A DNA stretch of 64,000 nt from an uncultured Oscillospiraceae bacterium (lineage in GTDB: Bacteria > Bacillota > Clostridia > UMGS1883), in NCBI GenBank assembly GCA_964385605.1, contig CAYLPQ010000001.1, positions 77,896-141,895 of the forward strand, read 5' to 3'. This document shows, in pieces, positions 1-9,963 of this stretch. Made by a program: the position numbers and the translations under genes. Each line of letters begins with the position of its first letter. Within the stretch, counting starts at the first letter, position 1. The notes below the pieces were generated by a model, which had not been told where the DNA came from, searched no databases, and saw only the letters and a list, made by a program, of their open reading frames with translations.

Positions 1-3000
1 CATAACTGCATACGAACCACGTGTCTTTGATTCCATTTTTGTCACATATGACCAGTTATGTAAATCCTGTCCCGGTTCAAAATCGGGATTTATAACGATA
101 CAGTTATGACCTTCCGGTCGTGTGAGGTAAAGATACGGCACTGCTGTCCATCCTCTGCCGTTTTCCTGAATTTTTGAATTATACAAATCCACAAATTGCG
201 TTCTGTAATTATAGTTTTCAACAGGTGTTTCCGTAACCCAACGTTCACCAAGCATATTGAATACATATGTCCCCGTATCAACGTGACCGTGTCCGGGAAG
301 CGGGTCACCACCGTGGAATGAAAGCCATGTAGCATTCTCTGTTCCCCAGGCAGATCTCAAGCTTACAAGCTCTGCCTTCGGGAAATATCCGTCCAAAGAA
401 AGTGATATATTTCCTTTAGAAGTCAAATGCTCCGGCTTTGTGTACCAAAGGTCAGTATTCGTTAAATTCATCGCATCATAGTACGCAAGCTTGATTTCCA
501 TAAGTCCCGGGTCGTTAAGCTTTTCAGAAAGCCATCCGAAATTACCCATATTATTTGTGGGTGCTCCGTTTTCACCATCATGGAAATTATTAACAGTAGT
601 CAGACTTGATGACTGAACTATATAATACGGTGCTTTATTAAAATCGGGACCACGCATCAGACCAAAGTCGTTTTCAAATGCAACATCTAAAGTTGTTATC
701 ATTCTCTGGAAATACTGCATACCATATGTCCAGTAGGTAAGACTTTCTGTATATGCACCGCTGGGATAGCACGTTATAGTATAACGTTCAACACCTTTTA
801 TAGCTTCGGATAAAAGCTTTGCACTATCCTCGGGATATACGTCCATCATTGCTACTGCACCGAGAGCATATGCACCGTGTCCTACAGGGTTCTGGTTCAT
901 CGAAGCATTTACATAATGCTTTGCTCCGGTTGAACCGATTCCGCCGTAAACCTCCAGACCGTTATGAAGACAACGTTCTTTTAACGATTCTTCAATAATT
1001 TTTCTTCTTTCAGGTGTAAAATAGTCATAACACCAGTCATAGCCTATTGATACTGCTGCTATTGTTTCAGAATGGCTGAGGTTTGCAAGCGGTCTCCAGT
1101 CGCCCCAGTTATCAATAGCATATTTTATATCAGCCCATATCTGTTCTGCATACTTACCGTCGCCTGTGAAGAGATATGCCTCACCGCAAGTTGTAATTCT
1201 GCTTAAAAGTGCTCTTGCAGAAGTTACATCATTGCTATAATCCATTTCTATAGGAGCTGAACCGAGTGCCGCGTCTGCTTTTTTAATGTTTGTTGCCAGC
1301 ATTTTTCCGATTTCTTCGTACTGAAAAGCTCGGTTCTTAACTGCTTCAACCTGCTGGGCGCTATGAATCAACCTGGGGTGTTCCCCTTTAGATTTTTCAT
1401 TAAATATCTGAAGCAGTTTTTCTGCAGACGGTCTGTCAAAGGCTGTATAGTTGTAAATATCCCACAAACCATAGTCACCTGACACACCCCAGTCCATTGT
1501 GTTAAGCTCGCCCGTATATGCAATGACCATACCTCTTGTATCATAGTATGTCTTTTTGCCGAAAGCCGCAAATAGCTCATCATATGTAGCATACGTTTTG
1601 CCATTTTCTGCAATGGTTTTTGTAAGCTTTGTTCCATTTGCCGTAACACTGTCATCTTTAATTTCAACCGGTTTTGAATACATCTTTCCAACAGCTTCAA
1701 CATCGATATAGCAAATACCGTCTTTTTCGATAAATAAACTATCACCGGAGGCTACTATTTCGCCTCCAAAATAAAGACGTTTACTTACAGTGTTCAAAAC
1801 CTCTGTTGCATTTAAGAGTGACACATTTGCCCAGTTTGCCCTTATCATACTCTTTTTCTCAAAGGAGTCATGACTCATTGGCTTCGGCTCTCTTCCCGAA
1901 TATATTGCAAACTGGTCAAAGCAAATATCTGCGCCACTATTTGGAATCTGCACCATTGCAGGATTACCAAAATCTTTATTTGCATAGGCAAGATTTTCCT
2001 TTACAAGCTTATAGTCAACAAAAACATCAAAGGTCTTGCTCGCAGCATCCAGCACAAAGGCAAGATTAGTCCATCTGTCCTTATGAACACGACCAACATT
2101 TGTACTGTCTGAAACTATATTATAGTTTGAAATGCTTGTTTTAAGACTCATAGAATGTGCTCTGCCGGTATCTTCAATATTAATAGATACACCGCCCTGT
2201 GATAAATCTACAGCCTTAATATTAAACTGAACAATTATGAAGCGCTTATCAGCTGCTGTTTCACGCGTATAGTTATCAGACATAGGAGATACTAAGTCCA
2301 AACGGTTATTTTTGTTATCATCTATCCATTCAAGATATTTATTACCGTTTTCTTCCTGCTTCACAAGAGTAGTTGCCTGACTTCCCGTCTGAATTCTTGG
2401 CAGAAGATTAAAGAAGGGATCAGTCGTCATTTCGTCAAAGTCACGAATGTAATACACTGATTCACTGACTGAACCATCACCTACATCAAGCTGAATTGCG
2501 CTTTCATTGTACTGCTTTTTGGGAAGTGTTGAAGTATCCTTCAATTTATCTCCACCATAAACATATACATTATCAAGTGTCACATCGATTGAAGTACCTT
2601 CCTCAGGATATAGCGCAAGCTGAACTGTTGTTATATCTTTGACAGGTGATTTCAGATAATACTTATCGCACACGCATACACCATTCTTGTAAAAGGAATA
2701 GACACCAGCTTTAGAGTTATAGATAATATCTATTTTCTGTTTGAAGCCTGTAAATCCGCCTATTGTATACCCTTCAGGATTTGAAAACCCTTTATCACCC
2801 TGAATATTCAAAATTTTAACTGAACTGTTTGAGCCATTTATAAAGGAAAGATCCCCTGTTACACTTCCGCCCGAAACCGAAATTTCCACCGAAAACACAA
2901 ATTTTTCAGGCAACGTCATTCCCGCATATTTTACCTTTATAAATCCATCCTCATTTGCACTCATTCGAAGAAGCTTGTTTTTTCCTTCTGTTTCTTCGAC

Positions 3001-3165
3001 GTATGCTACCTGTGAAGTAAATTCACCCACGGTAGGCAGGGAATTTGTTACTGCATCCTCATATGTTTCCGCAAGAAACACATCAACATTTTCGGCTAAA
3101 GTAAGCATCGGGCAAATACTAAACAGCATAAGGCATACTAAAAGCAAAGAAGTTACTTTCTTCAT
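1..3165 (-). CDS. secreted heparinase II/III-like (polysaccharide-lyase-like) protein, N-terminal ~1055 aa; C-terminus runs off the window start
   Basis: The minus-strand frame is open from the ATG at 3163-3165 (upstream GGGGGAA..GAGG RBS) to position 1 with no stop. It is missing from the ORF track because its stop lies outside the window. The N-terminus MKKVTSLLLVCLMLFSICPMLTLA is a signal peptide. The motifs LPGHGHVDTGTY (coded ~271-300) and RPEGHNCIVINPD (coded ~81-117) fit the Hepar_II_III domain. They align with PGHGHCDTGTF and RPEGHNCLVINPD in ORF 6769..9963, so the two are paralogs. Confidence 0.6.
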   Translation of the reverse strand, partial: MKKVTSLLLVCLMLFSICPMLTLAENVDVFLAETYEDAVTNSLPTVGEFTSQVAYVEETEGKNKLLRMSANEDGFIKVKYAGMTLPEKFVFSVEISVSGGSVTGDLSFINGSNSSVKILNIQGDKGFSNPEGYTIGGFTGFKQKIDIIYNSKAGVYSFYKNGVCVCDKYYLKSPVKDITTVQLALYPEEGTSIDVTLDNVYVYGGDKLKDTSTLPKKQYNESAIQLDVGDGSVSESVYYIRDFDEMTTDPFFNLLPRIQTGSQATTLVKQEENGNKYLEWIDDNKNNRLDLVSPMSDNYTRETAADKRFIIVQFNIKAVDLSQGGVSINIEDTGRAHSMSLKTSISNYNIVSDSTNVGRVHKDRWTNLAFVLDAASKTFDVFVDYKLVKENLAYANKDFGNPAMVQIPNSGADICFDQFAIYSGREPKPMSHDSFEKKSMIRANWANVSLLNATEVLNTVSKRLYFGGEIVASGDSLFIEKDGICYIDVEAVGKMYSKPVEIKDDSVTANGTKLTKTIAENGKTYATYDELFAAFGKKTYYDTRGMVIAYTGELNTMDWGVSGDYGLWDIYNYTAFDRPSAEKLLQIFNEKSKGEHPRLIHSAQQVEAVKNRAFQYEEIGKMLATNIKKADAALGSAPIEMDYSNDVTSARALLSRITTCGEAYLFTGDGKYAEQIWADIKYAIDNWGDWRPLANLSHSETIAAVSIGYDWCYDYFTPERRKIIEESLKERCLHNGLEVYGGIGSTGAKHYVNASMNQNPVGHGAYALGAVAMMDVYPEDSAKLLSEAIKGVERYTITCYPSGAYTESLTYWTYGMQYFQRMITTLDVAFENDFGLMRGPDFNKAPYYIVQSSSLTTVNNFHDGENGAPTNNMGNFGWLSEKLNDPGLMEIKLAYYDAMNLTNTDLWYTKPEHLTSKGNISLSLDGYFPKAELVSLRSAWGTENATWLSFHGGDPLPGHGHVDTGTYVFNMLGERWVTETPVENYNYRTQFVDLYNSKIQENGRGWTAVPYLYLTRPEGHNCIVINPDFEPGQDLHNWSYVTKMESKTRGSYAVM

Positions 3166-3184
3166 CTGCCTCATTCCCCCATTC

Positions 3185-4744
3185 TTATTTACCCAGATAT
3201 CTGTCATATGCCTGCTGCTCAATCTTAATATATTCATCAGCTCCGAGTGAATTCATTTCACTTATGAAAAGCTCATAGCTCAAATCAATATCTGTGTTTC
3301 CGAGTACCCATTTCTGCATCATTTCGCTAAGATGAGTTTCTACCTGTCCTTTATACTTGCTTACAAGTTCCTGCTCTTCTATTGTGTAGACTAACTGTAC
3401 CTTATCTTCAGGAAGGTAATCATTGTCAAGGTACATCTGCATACCTTCTTTTGCAAGGGGGTGTGCAAGGTCCATCTCAAACTGTGCAAGATTCATAACA
3501 CCCCAGTTCATCGCTGTACGATACTGGTTACGCAAGTTCATTGGTGCGGGGTCGGTTGATGCCAGGAATTCCTCTGTGAATTTAGGCTCGCCGTCAACCA
3601 TATTGTATGTAATACCTTCAACGCCGTAGTTAGCTGCAATCTTACCTTCTCTTGACCACCAGTAGTCAAAGTACTTAATTGCTTCAACTGTGTGCTTACA
3701 GTTTGCCGTAATAGCCCAACCTTCGCTGCTTATCTTATTTCTGTAAGTGTATTCAGCTCTTTCGCCGTTTACATTTTCAGGCGGTGCAAACGGAGCAAAG
3801 CGGAAACCTTCAATGTTAGCACCTAAAGTATCATTAAATGCAGCGGTACTTGTGAACCATTCATGTGTAATACCACCCAGGTTATTGCCGAGGAAATACT
3901 CTCTCTGTGACTTTCTGGTAAATATTTCCGGATCAATCAAGCCTTCTTTATACCATTTAGCTACAGTCTTTATCATTTCTTTAAACTGAGGCTCAAAAGG
4001 ACCGTATGAAACCTTGTCGCCATCATAACGGAATGAAGTATAAGCATCAAAAAGACCGCCGAAGTCATTCATTACACTTATAACATTTGACTTCGCTGTG
4101 AAATAGGGAACTTCATCCTGAATACCGTTTCCATTGGGGTCCTGTGTTTTGATTGCTACCATTGTATTGTAGAATTCTTCAAGATTATTAGGAGCTTCCA
4201 ATCCTAACTTATCAAGCCAGTCTGCTCTTATAAACCAGCCGTTTGCAGTCTGAAGCTCATTAACGAAGGGAATCCAGTAAATATTACCATCGGGAGCTGT
4301 TACATAACTTTCTACATCAGGATTCTCATCAAAATACTTCTTAATATTAGGAGCATGCTCTTCAATCAAATCATTAAGCGGAATAAGAGCACCTGACATA
4401 CCATACTCAATAAATGCATCGCGCTTATATGTATATATAATATCTGTAAGCTTTTTTGAAACTACAGCAAGCGCAAGTGCCTGGTCAAAATCTGTATTAT
4501 TTTCGCCCAGTTCAAATTTAAGATTTACATTTGTTCTGTCAAAAGCTTCTGTAAAGATGTTTTCCTCCTGCTTGGGTCCTCTGTACAGGATAGAAAGCTC
4601 TATCGGCTCATCTGTTATCTTATGTGTTAAGCTTCTTTCTGCGTTATCTGGCAAATTTGCTGTTTTTTTGTCGCCGGAGCATCCGGTAAGCAGCAGCATA
4701 AGTGCCAGAATTAACACAATTCCTCTTTTCAAATTTTTTCTCAT
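3185..4744 (-). CDS. lplA: extracellular solute-binding lipoprotein of a carbohydrate ABC transporter (large LplA/YtcQ-type SBP, 519 aa)
   Basis: The N-terminus MRKNLKRGIVLILALMLLLTGCSG is a lipoprotein signal peptide with an LTGC lipobox. At about 520 aa it matches family-1 SBPs of the LplA type. It sits immediately downstream of two LplB/LplC-type permease genes. The symbol is given by analogy to B. subtilis lplABC and is not based on a sequence search. Confidence 0.75.
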   Translation of the reverse strand: MRKNLKRGIVLILALMLLLTGCSGDKKTANLPDNAERSLTHKITDEPIELSILYRGPKQEENIFTEAFDRTNVNLKFELGENNTDFDQALALAVVSKKLTDIIYTYKRDAFIEYGMSGALIPLNDLIEEHAPNIKKYFDENPDVESYVTAPDGNIYWIPFVNELQTANGWFIRADWLDKLGLEAPNNLEEFYNTMVAIKTQDPNGNGIQDEVPYFTAKSNVISVMNDFGGLFDAYTSFRYDGDKVSYGPFEPQFKEMIKTVAKWYKEGLIDPEIFTRKSQREYFLGNNLGGITHEWFTSTAAFNDTLGANIEGFRFAPFAPPENVNGERAEYTYRNKISSEGWAITANCKHTVEAIKYFDYWWSREGKIAANYGVEGITYNMVDGEPKFTEEFLASTDPAPMNLRNQYRTAMNWGVMNLAQFEMDLAHPLAKEGMQMYLDNDYLPEDKVQLVYTIEEQELVSKYKGQVETHLSEMMQKWVLGNTDIDLSYELFISEMNSLGADEYIKIEQQAYDRYLGK

Positions 4745-4792
4745 AAAAAACTCCTCCTTATAATTATTGGTTTTATATATTTAACTTTACAA

Positions 4793-5674
4793 TTAACCTT
4801 TTACTGCACCGAGCATTATACCGTCCTTAAAATACTTCTGAATGAAAGGATAAATCAAAAGCATCGGTACAATTGATACCACAATTGTCGAATACACCAG
4901 CATATCTGAAGAATACTCAATAATTGTATCTGATTGTCCCTGTGGACCTGCAACTGTATTGGCACCAAATGTTGTGTCAATAATTATTTTCTTCAACACA
5001 ACCTGCAAGGGCTGTAAGTCATCCTGCCTTAACAGTATCATCGGCCATATGTAGCTGTTCCAGCAACCAATCAAAGACATAAGTGCAATAGTAGCAATAC
5101 ATGGCTTTGAAAGCGGAATGTATATACGGGTTAATACCTGCCAACTGTTTGCACCATCTAAAAATGCTGACTCTTCCATAGAATCAGGGATTGACTGAAA
5201 GTAAGTTCTCGTCAGGAGAACAAAGTAAGCCGGAACAGAAGATATTATAAGAGCCAGTCTTGTATCTAAAAGTCCCAAATCTACATAGTTCAAATATGCA
5301 GGAATCAATCCACCACCAAACCAAAGAGGTATTGAAACCAAAATATTAAACAGTTTTCTTCCTCTGAAACGTGGCTTTGAGAGAGGATATGAACCCAGGA
5401 TTACAAAGCTAACTGTAAACAATGTTCCAAAAAAAGCAATGAAAATTGAGTTACCGTAACCGGTCCAGATCATCTTTTCCTTCAAAACTTCTCTGTAAGC
5501 GCCAAGATTTAATCCCTTGGGCAGCAATATAACCTCACCGCGCATAACTGCATCCACATCACTCAACGATGCTGACAATACATAGACGAGAGGATACAGA
5601 CAGGCTAAAGAGAACAATAACAGTATGGTTCCGTTTATAAAATAAAATATTTTTTCACCTTTTGTTGCTTTCAT
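4793..5674 (-). CDS. lplC: carbohydrate ABC transporter permease (LplC/YtcP-like, ~293 aa)
   Basis: The protein is multi-pass hydrophobic with a binding-protein-dependent inner-membrane component layout. The track start MVGGEN lacks an RBS. The internal ATG (MKATKGEK) at 5672-5674 is preceded by GGGGGTGAG and avoids overlap with the upstream gene. Confidence 0.75.
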   Translation of the reverse strand: MKATKGEKIFYFINGTILLLFSLACLYPLVYVLSASLSDVDAVMRGEVILLPKGLNLGAYREVLKEKMIWTGYGNSIFIAFFGTLFTVSFVILGSYPLSKPRFRGRKLFNILVSIPLWFGGGLIPAYLNYVDLGLLDTRLALIISSVPAYFVLLTRTYFQSIPDSMEESAFLDGANSWQVLTRIYIPLSKPCIATIALMSLIGCWNSYIWPMILLRQDDLQPLQVVLKKIIIDTTFGANTVAGPQGQSDTIIEYSSDMLVYSTIVVSIVPMLLIYPFIQKYFKDGIMLGAVKG

Positions 5675-5685
5675 ATTCTCACCCC

Positions 5686-6642
5686 CTACCAAAGAGAAGT
5701 TTCTGTTACTCGCTTACTGATAATATTCGTTGCAAGAACAAAAACAAGTGCTACAAGTGAATTAAACAAGCCTACGGCTGTTGCAAAGTCATACTTACCT
5801 TCAGACATACCTAAACGGTACATATATGTAGATATAACGTCTGCAGTCTCGTACGTAACAGGCTGATATAACAAAATAATTTTTTCGTAACCGACAGAAA
5901 ACATACCGCCGACACTCAAAATAAGTTTTATTACTATTGTGGGCAATATACCCGGAAGAGTTATGTGAATTATCTGCCTGAACTTATTACCGCCATCAAT
6001 TACACAGGCTTCGTAAAGCGACGGGTCAATTCCCGACAGAGCTGAAAGATATATAATCGAGCTGTATCCGCAAGTTGTCCATATTCCGGTGGTAATATAT
6101 ATACTTCTGAACCATTCAGGCTTTGTCATGAAATATATGCGTTCTCCGCCCAAGGCTTCAATTAAATTATTGATTACTCCGCTGGGTGCAAGTAAATTTA
6201 CTGTAATACCACAGATAACAACCATAGATATAAAGTGAGGCAAGAAGGTTGCAGTCTGGAAAAAGCTCTTTAACTTTTTCGTTCTGACCTCATTGAGCAA
6301 TATTGCCAGAAGAATAGGAGCAGGGAAAGAAAATATCAAATTATAAATACCCAGTAAAAAAGTATTTTTCAATGTGCGTCCGAAATATGCTCCTGAAACA
6401 AATGTCTTGAAATGCTCAAGACCAACCCATTCACTGCCCCATATACCCTGATATGCATTGAAATCTTTAAAGGCAATGATAATACCATACATTGGTTTAT
6501 AGGTAAAAATCAGCAAGTGTAGTAAGAATGGAATAAACATTATGTACAAGGATAAGTCTTTCTTCACATCTGCCACAAAACGTCCCCTTTTAAACCCTGA
6601 TGAAGGGTGTACTTTTCTTTTAATTTTGCTAATCAAGTTCAA
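5686..6642 (-). CDS. lplB: carbohydrate ABC transporter permease (LplB-like, 318 aa, with the N-terminal extension typical of LplB)
   Basis: This is a polytopic membrane protein of MalF/LplB-like size and layout. It is the first gene downstream of a strong promoter. Its start appears to be TTG (TTG AAC TTG ATT = MNLI) following AAGGTTGG. Confidence 0.7.
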   Translation of the reverse strand: MNLISKIKRKVHPSSGFKRGRFVADVKKDLSLYIMFIPFLLHLLIFTYKPMYGIIIAFKDFNAYQGIWGSEWVGLEHFKTFVSGAYFGRTLKNTFLLGIYNLIFSFPAPILLAILLNEVRTKKLKSFFQTATFLPHFISMVVICGITVNLLAPSGVINNLIEALGGERIYFMTKPEWFRSIYITTGIWTTCGYSSIIYLSALSGIDPSLYEACVIDGGNKFRQIIHITLPGILPTIVIKLILSVGGMFSVGYEKIILLYQPVTYETADVISTYMYRLGMSEGKYDFATAVGLFNSLVALVFVLATNIISKRVTETSLW

Positions 6643-6697
6643 ACACCAACCTTAAATTAAAATTGTAAATTATAATTGCACTCCACTTTGTAACAAA

Positions 6698-6727
6698 ATT
6701 ATATGCTTGCCAGTATATAAATGTCAA
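6698..6727 (-). promoter_or_regulatory. sigma-A-type promoter for the lplB-lplC-lplA transporter operon
   Basis: The minus strand reads TTGACA, an 18-nt spacer, then TATAAT. It lies about 55 nt upstream of the lplB-like start and directly downstream of the stop of ORF 6769..9963. Confidence 0.7.
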
Positions 6728-6768
6728 TTTACATAAATTGCACTATATTCGCTTTTTTTGCATTAAAG

Positions 6769-9700
6769 CTATTCTTTTGTATTTATCGGCAATGCTTCTG
6801 TGAGAGGAGCAAGTTTTTCTTCAGAATCCCATACATATAACTTCGCAGAAAATTCATTTCCTTCAGGTATCTCACAAAACGCACTCATTCCATCATAAGT
6901 GTTATCTTTCGCGGGATGAATGCTGTAAAGTTCTTTCCCTTTATATACAACAATAAAAGGAAACAGATTTTTTGTCCTGACTTCCGCGCGAATATTTTTA
7001 TCGGTTTTATAAATTATCTCTGTAAAGTCATCGCACTTCCATTCATCCAATTGTACATTTTCAGAAGGCATAATATCATCTCCCATAGGGGAAAGCTTTG
7101 CCTGGATATACATATTTCCGTTTTCAGAACAATCAGCTACAACAGCAAGCTTTTTATATTTGCTATTGTCAGATTGACCTGCTGTTTGCGGAGATGTAGC
7201 AAGCGGTTCAGCTGACATTACTGTTAGTTCAAAGTTTGGGGCATCAGTAAGCAATTCAAATTTAATACTCTTTCCGCTTTTTGTTAAAATAGCAGTTTTA
7301 GCATCTTCCTGAATTTCAATCACCGTATCTGCCATTGTATGCATAAACCAATAGACCTTACCGGCACTTTTAATACCTTCTATTTCATCACGTATAATCA
7401 TACTGTTGCGATTATCATCAGTTTTAAAGCCGCGACGCACACTCGATGCATAATTGACGTATGCGTCAGTCATATTAAGGATACTGTAGCCCCCATATTC
7501 ATTTGTTTCAAATTTTTCAATCGGTGAAAATGCCGATGTATTATGTCCCGGCGACTCGTCAGGGTTTATAACCAAACAATTATGCCCCTCCGGTCTTGTT
7601 CTATATGTATCGAGCAGGCTACCTGCAAACGAATAGCTCTCCGATGGAAGATCTACCGCAAAACGAACACCATCATATTCATATACAAAGGTCCCCGTAT
7701 CGCAATGTCCGTGTCCGGGATAGGCATAACCTCCGTGATAAGATAAGAACATTCCGTTTGAGTCAAGCCATTCTTCTCGGAAAGAGCCGACTGCATCTCT
7801 TTGTATTGCAGCATCTTTTGGCAACTTTATATCATCCAGAACCTTTGCGTAAGAGGCCGGAAAATTAATGAGTGTTGTTATTCCATAATAAACCTTATGA
7901 TGCCAATCATATGTAAGTTTCCAGTCTGCCCATAAGGGCTCATTATACAAAGCTGCCAAGCCATAAAAGCTACCCATACTATATACCGAAAGATTCTGTT
8001 CAGAATCATGATAATTATTATTTTGTTGTATGCTTGCCGCATACATTATGTATTCGGGAGATTTTTCAAGTCCGGGCGAGTGAATCATACCGAAATCTTT
8101 TCCATAGGAAATTTTAATGCTCGAAACAGCCGGTACCCAATATTGCATCGAATATGTCCAATACGTCGTACCTTCAAGCCATGCGCCATCGGGATAGAAG
8201 CTATTCTGAAATTTTTCAACTGAACGAATTGCTTTTTCCAAAACAAAGCCCGCTTCCTCAGGATATTTATCCATGATTGCAAGGGCACATAAAATATATC
8301 CCCCGTTGATAACTGCATTCTGATTACTGTTTTTCGAATTTATCCACCACGAACTGTTACCGCCGATTTGTCCTCCGTAATTTTTCACAGCATAAACAAG
8401 GGCTTTTTTATAAAGAGCCTCCTCCATAGCCTTTTTCTGGGTATCATTCCACTCTTCATAAAGCCAGTCGTATGCATATGCCACAGCTGTTGCCATCTCT
8501 GCATTATCCAAGCCACTGTTAGGCTGCCAATGAGGAAAATCATCATCGTTTATAACTGCTTCAACATTTTCCCATATTCTATCCTTGACATTTTCTTTAA
8601 TTTCGTATTCATTTGCATCCGAAGCACTACTATCTTCCATTAAATGATACCATAGCGCAAGGTTTTTCACTCTTGAAAGCAATGTTCTTGCTTTCATCAT
8701 AACATTTTGTTTATTTGATGCATCGTTCAGCAACTTACCGGAATATTCATCATCTATACGCGTCTTACCTATTTCAAAATACCATTTAGCATATTCATAA
8801 GCATTTATCTCTTGTTTTATTTCGTCAATACGACCTTCCGGAATTGACAATCTGGGATGGTCCTTTTTTATATTATCAATCAAATATTCTGACGATGGCC
8901 TTTCATACATCAATTCATTGTGTAAAGTCCATTTCAAGCTGTCCGAAAGCTCGGCAACTCCCCCATCGTCACTCCAATAAATAAATCCGCGGTCGTCGTA
9001 TAAGGCCTTTTTGCCAAACTCTGCCAATGCAGCATCATACAATAAATACCCACCTATATTGATTTCAGTATTAAAAAGTTCCTCCAGTTTTTTACATGAA
9101 ATCAAAATTCTGCCATTTGAATACTTTACAATTTCAGCATCGTTTCCCTTTTTTCCGTTGATAATATAATCTCCGTAAATTGATATTGCAGACACACCTT
9201 CAGACTTATTATTGTCTGCATTAACTATTGACTTATACTCAAGATCATAGACAGTGTTATCAAAAACAGGCTCTCCGCTATAAAACACAAAATTATCAAA
9301 GCAATACGTGCCAGCAGTATATGATTTTTCTGAATGAAATCTTATACGCCATAAATCTATTATTACCGTTTCACGTGTTTCAATTTGTATATCGTTTGCA
9401 TAAACCGTAATATACGGTTTATCAACACTAAAATCGCAAACTACTCTTATTGTTGTCCACTCGTTTGCATTCAGTATGTTTTCTATACCGCAAACCTTGT
9501 CGTTAACAAGCCACACACTATGCGTATTGGTTCCGGTGCTGTCAGTCAGCATAAGTCCAATCTTTGTTGCAGTTTCTTTAGGCATCACATCAAACTGAAC
9601 AACCATTTTTTTTTCATTTATGGCCTCTGACAATATTTTTTCTATATTTGAGTTTCCCTCACCTGTCCCATACTCATAGTCAGGAGAATACTTTTCGAAA

Positions 9701-9963
9701 AATATATAGCGGTTACCACTTGTATCAACTTCTGTTCCTATATTGTTTCCGTTTTCACGCACTGTAATATTGTCAAATGGAGAATATTTGCCATAATAGC
9801 TATCATCAAAATTTTTTACAAAGTACAGCTCGCCACTCTCTTTGGTCACCTTTTCAGCAAAAGAAACTACTGGACATACAGACAGCAAAAACAAGCACAA
9901 CGTCCATAAGGCAACTACTTTTTTCATAAGCCTAGTTCTCCTTATCATTTTCTTTTTTATCAT
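6769..9963 (-). CDS. secreted heparinase II/III-like (polysaccharide-lyase-like) protein, 1064 aa
   Basis: A signal peptide lies within MIKKKMIRRTRLMKKVVALWTLCLFLLSVCPVVSFA. The C-terminal region has GHGHCDTGTF and RPEGHNCLVINPD, the hallmarks of the Hepar_II_III fold seen in PL12/PL15/PL17/PL21-like enzymes. It is a paralog of the partial ORF 1..3165. Confidence 0.6.
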   Translation of the reverse strand: MIKKKMIRRTRLMKKVVALWTLCLFLLSVCPVVSFAEKVTKESGELYFVKNFDDSYYGKYSPFDNITVRENGNNIGTEVDTSGNRYIFFEKYSPDYEYGTGEGNSNIEKILSEAINEKKMVVQFDVMPKETATKIGLMLTDSTGTNTHSVWLVNDKVCGIENILNANEWTTIRVVCDFSVDKPYITVYANDIQIETRETVIIDLWRIRFHSEKSYTAGTYCFDNFVFYSGEPVFDNTVYDLEYKSIVNADNNKSEGVSAISIYGDYIINGKKGNDAEIVKYSNGRILISCKKLEELFNTEINIGGYLLYDAALAEFGKKALYDDRGFIYWSDDGGVAELSDSLKWTLHNELMYERPSSEYLIDNIKKDHPRLSIPEGRIDEIKQEINAYEYAKWYFEIGKTRIDDEYSGKLLNDASNKQNVMMKARTLLSRVKNLALWYHLMEDSSASDANEYEIKENVKDRIWENVEAVINDDDFPHWQPNSGLDNAEMATAVAYAYDWLYEEWNDTQKKAMEEALYKKALVYAVKNYGGQIGGNSSWWINSKNSNQNAVINGGYILCALAIMDKYPEEAGFVLEKAIRSVEKFQNSFYPDGAWLEGTTYWTYSMQYWVPAVSSIKISYGKDFGMIHSPGLEKSPEYIMYAASIQQNNNYHDSEQNLSVYSMGSFYGLAALYNEPLWADWKLTYDWHHKVYYGITTLINFPASYAKVLDDIKLPKDAAIQRDAVGSFREEWLDSNGMFLSYHGGYAYPGHGHCDTGTFVYEYDGVRFAVDLPSESYSFAGSLLDTYRTRPEGHNCLVINPDESPGHNTSAFSPIEKFETNEYGGYSILNMTDAYVNYASSVRRGFKTDDNRNSMIIRDEIEGIKSAGKVYWFMHTMADTVIEIQEDAKTAILTKSGKSIKFELLTDAPNFELTVMSAEPLATSPQTAGQSDNSKYKKLAVVADCSENGNMYIQAKLSPMGDDIMPSENVQLDEWKCDDFTEIIYKTDKNIRAEVRTKNLFPFIVVYKGKELYSIHPAKDNTYDGMSAFCEIPEGNEFSAKLYVWDSEEKLAPLTEALPINTKE

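Noticed and set aside
6663-6684. Plus-strand TTGTAA...TATAAT promoter-like sequence at 6663..6684
   Set aside because: No plus-strand gene lies downstream. It overlaps the 3' end region of the minus-strand lyase gene and is likely a chance AT-rich match. The minus-strand TTGACA-18-TATAAT promoter is the functional call.
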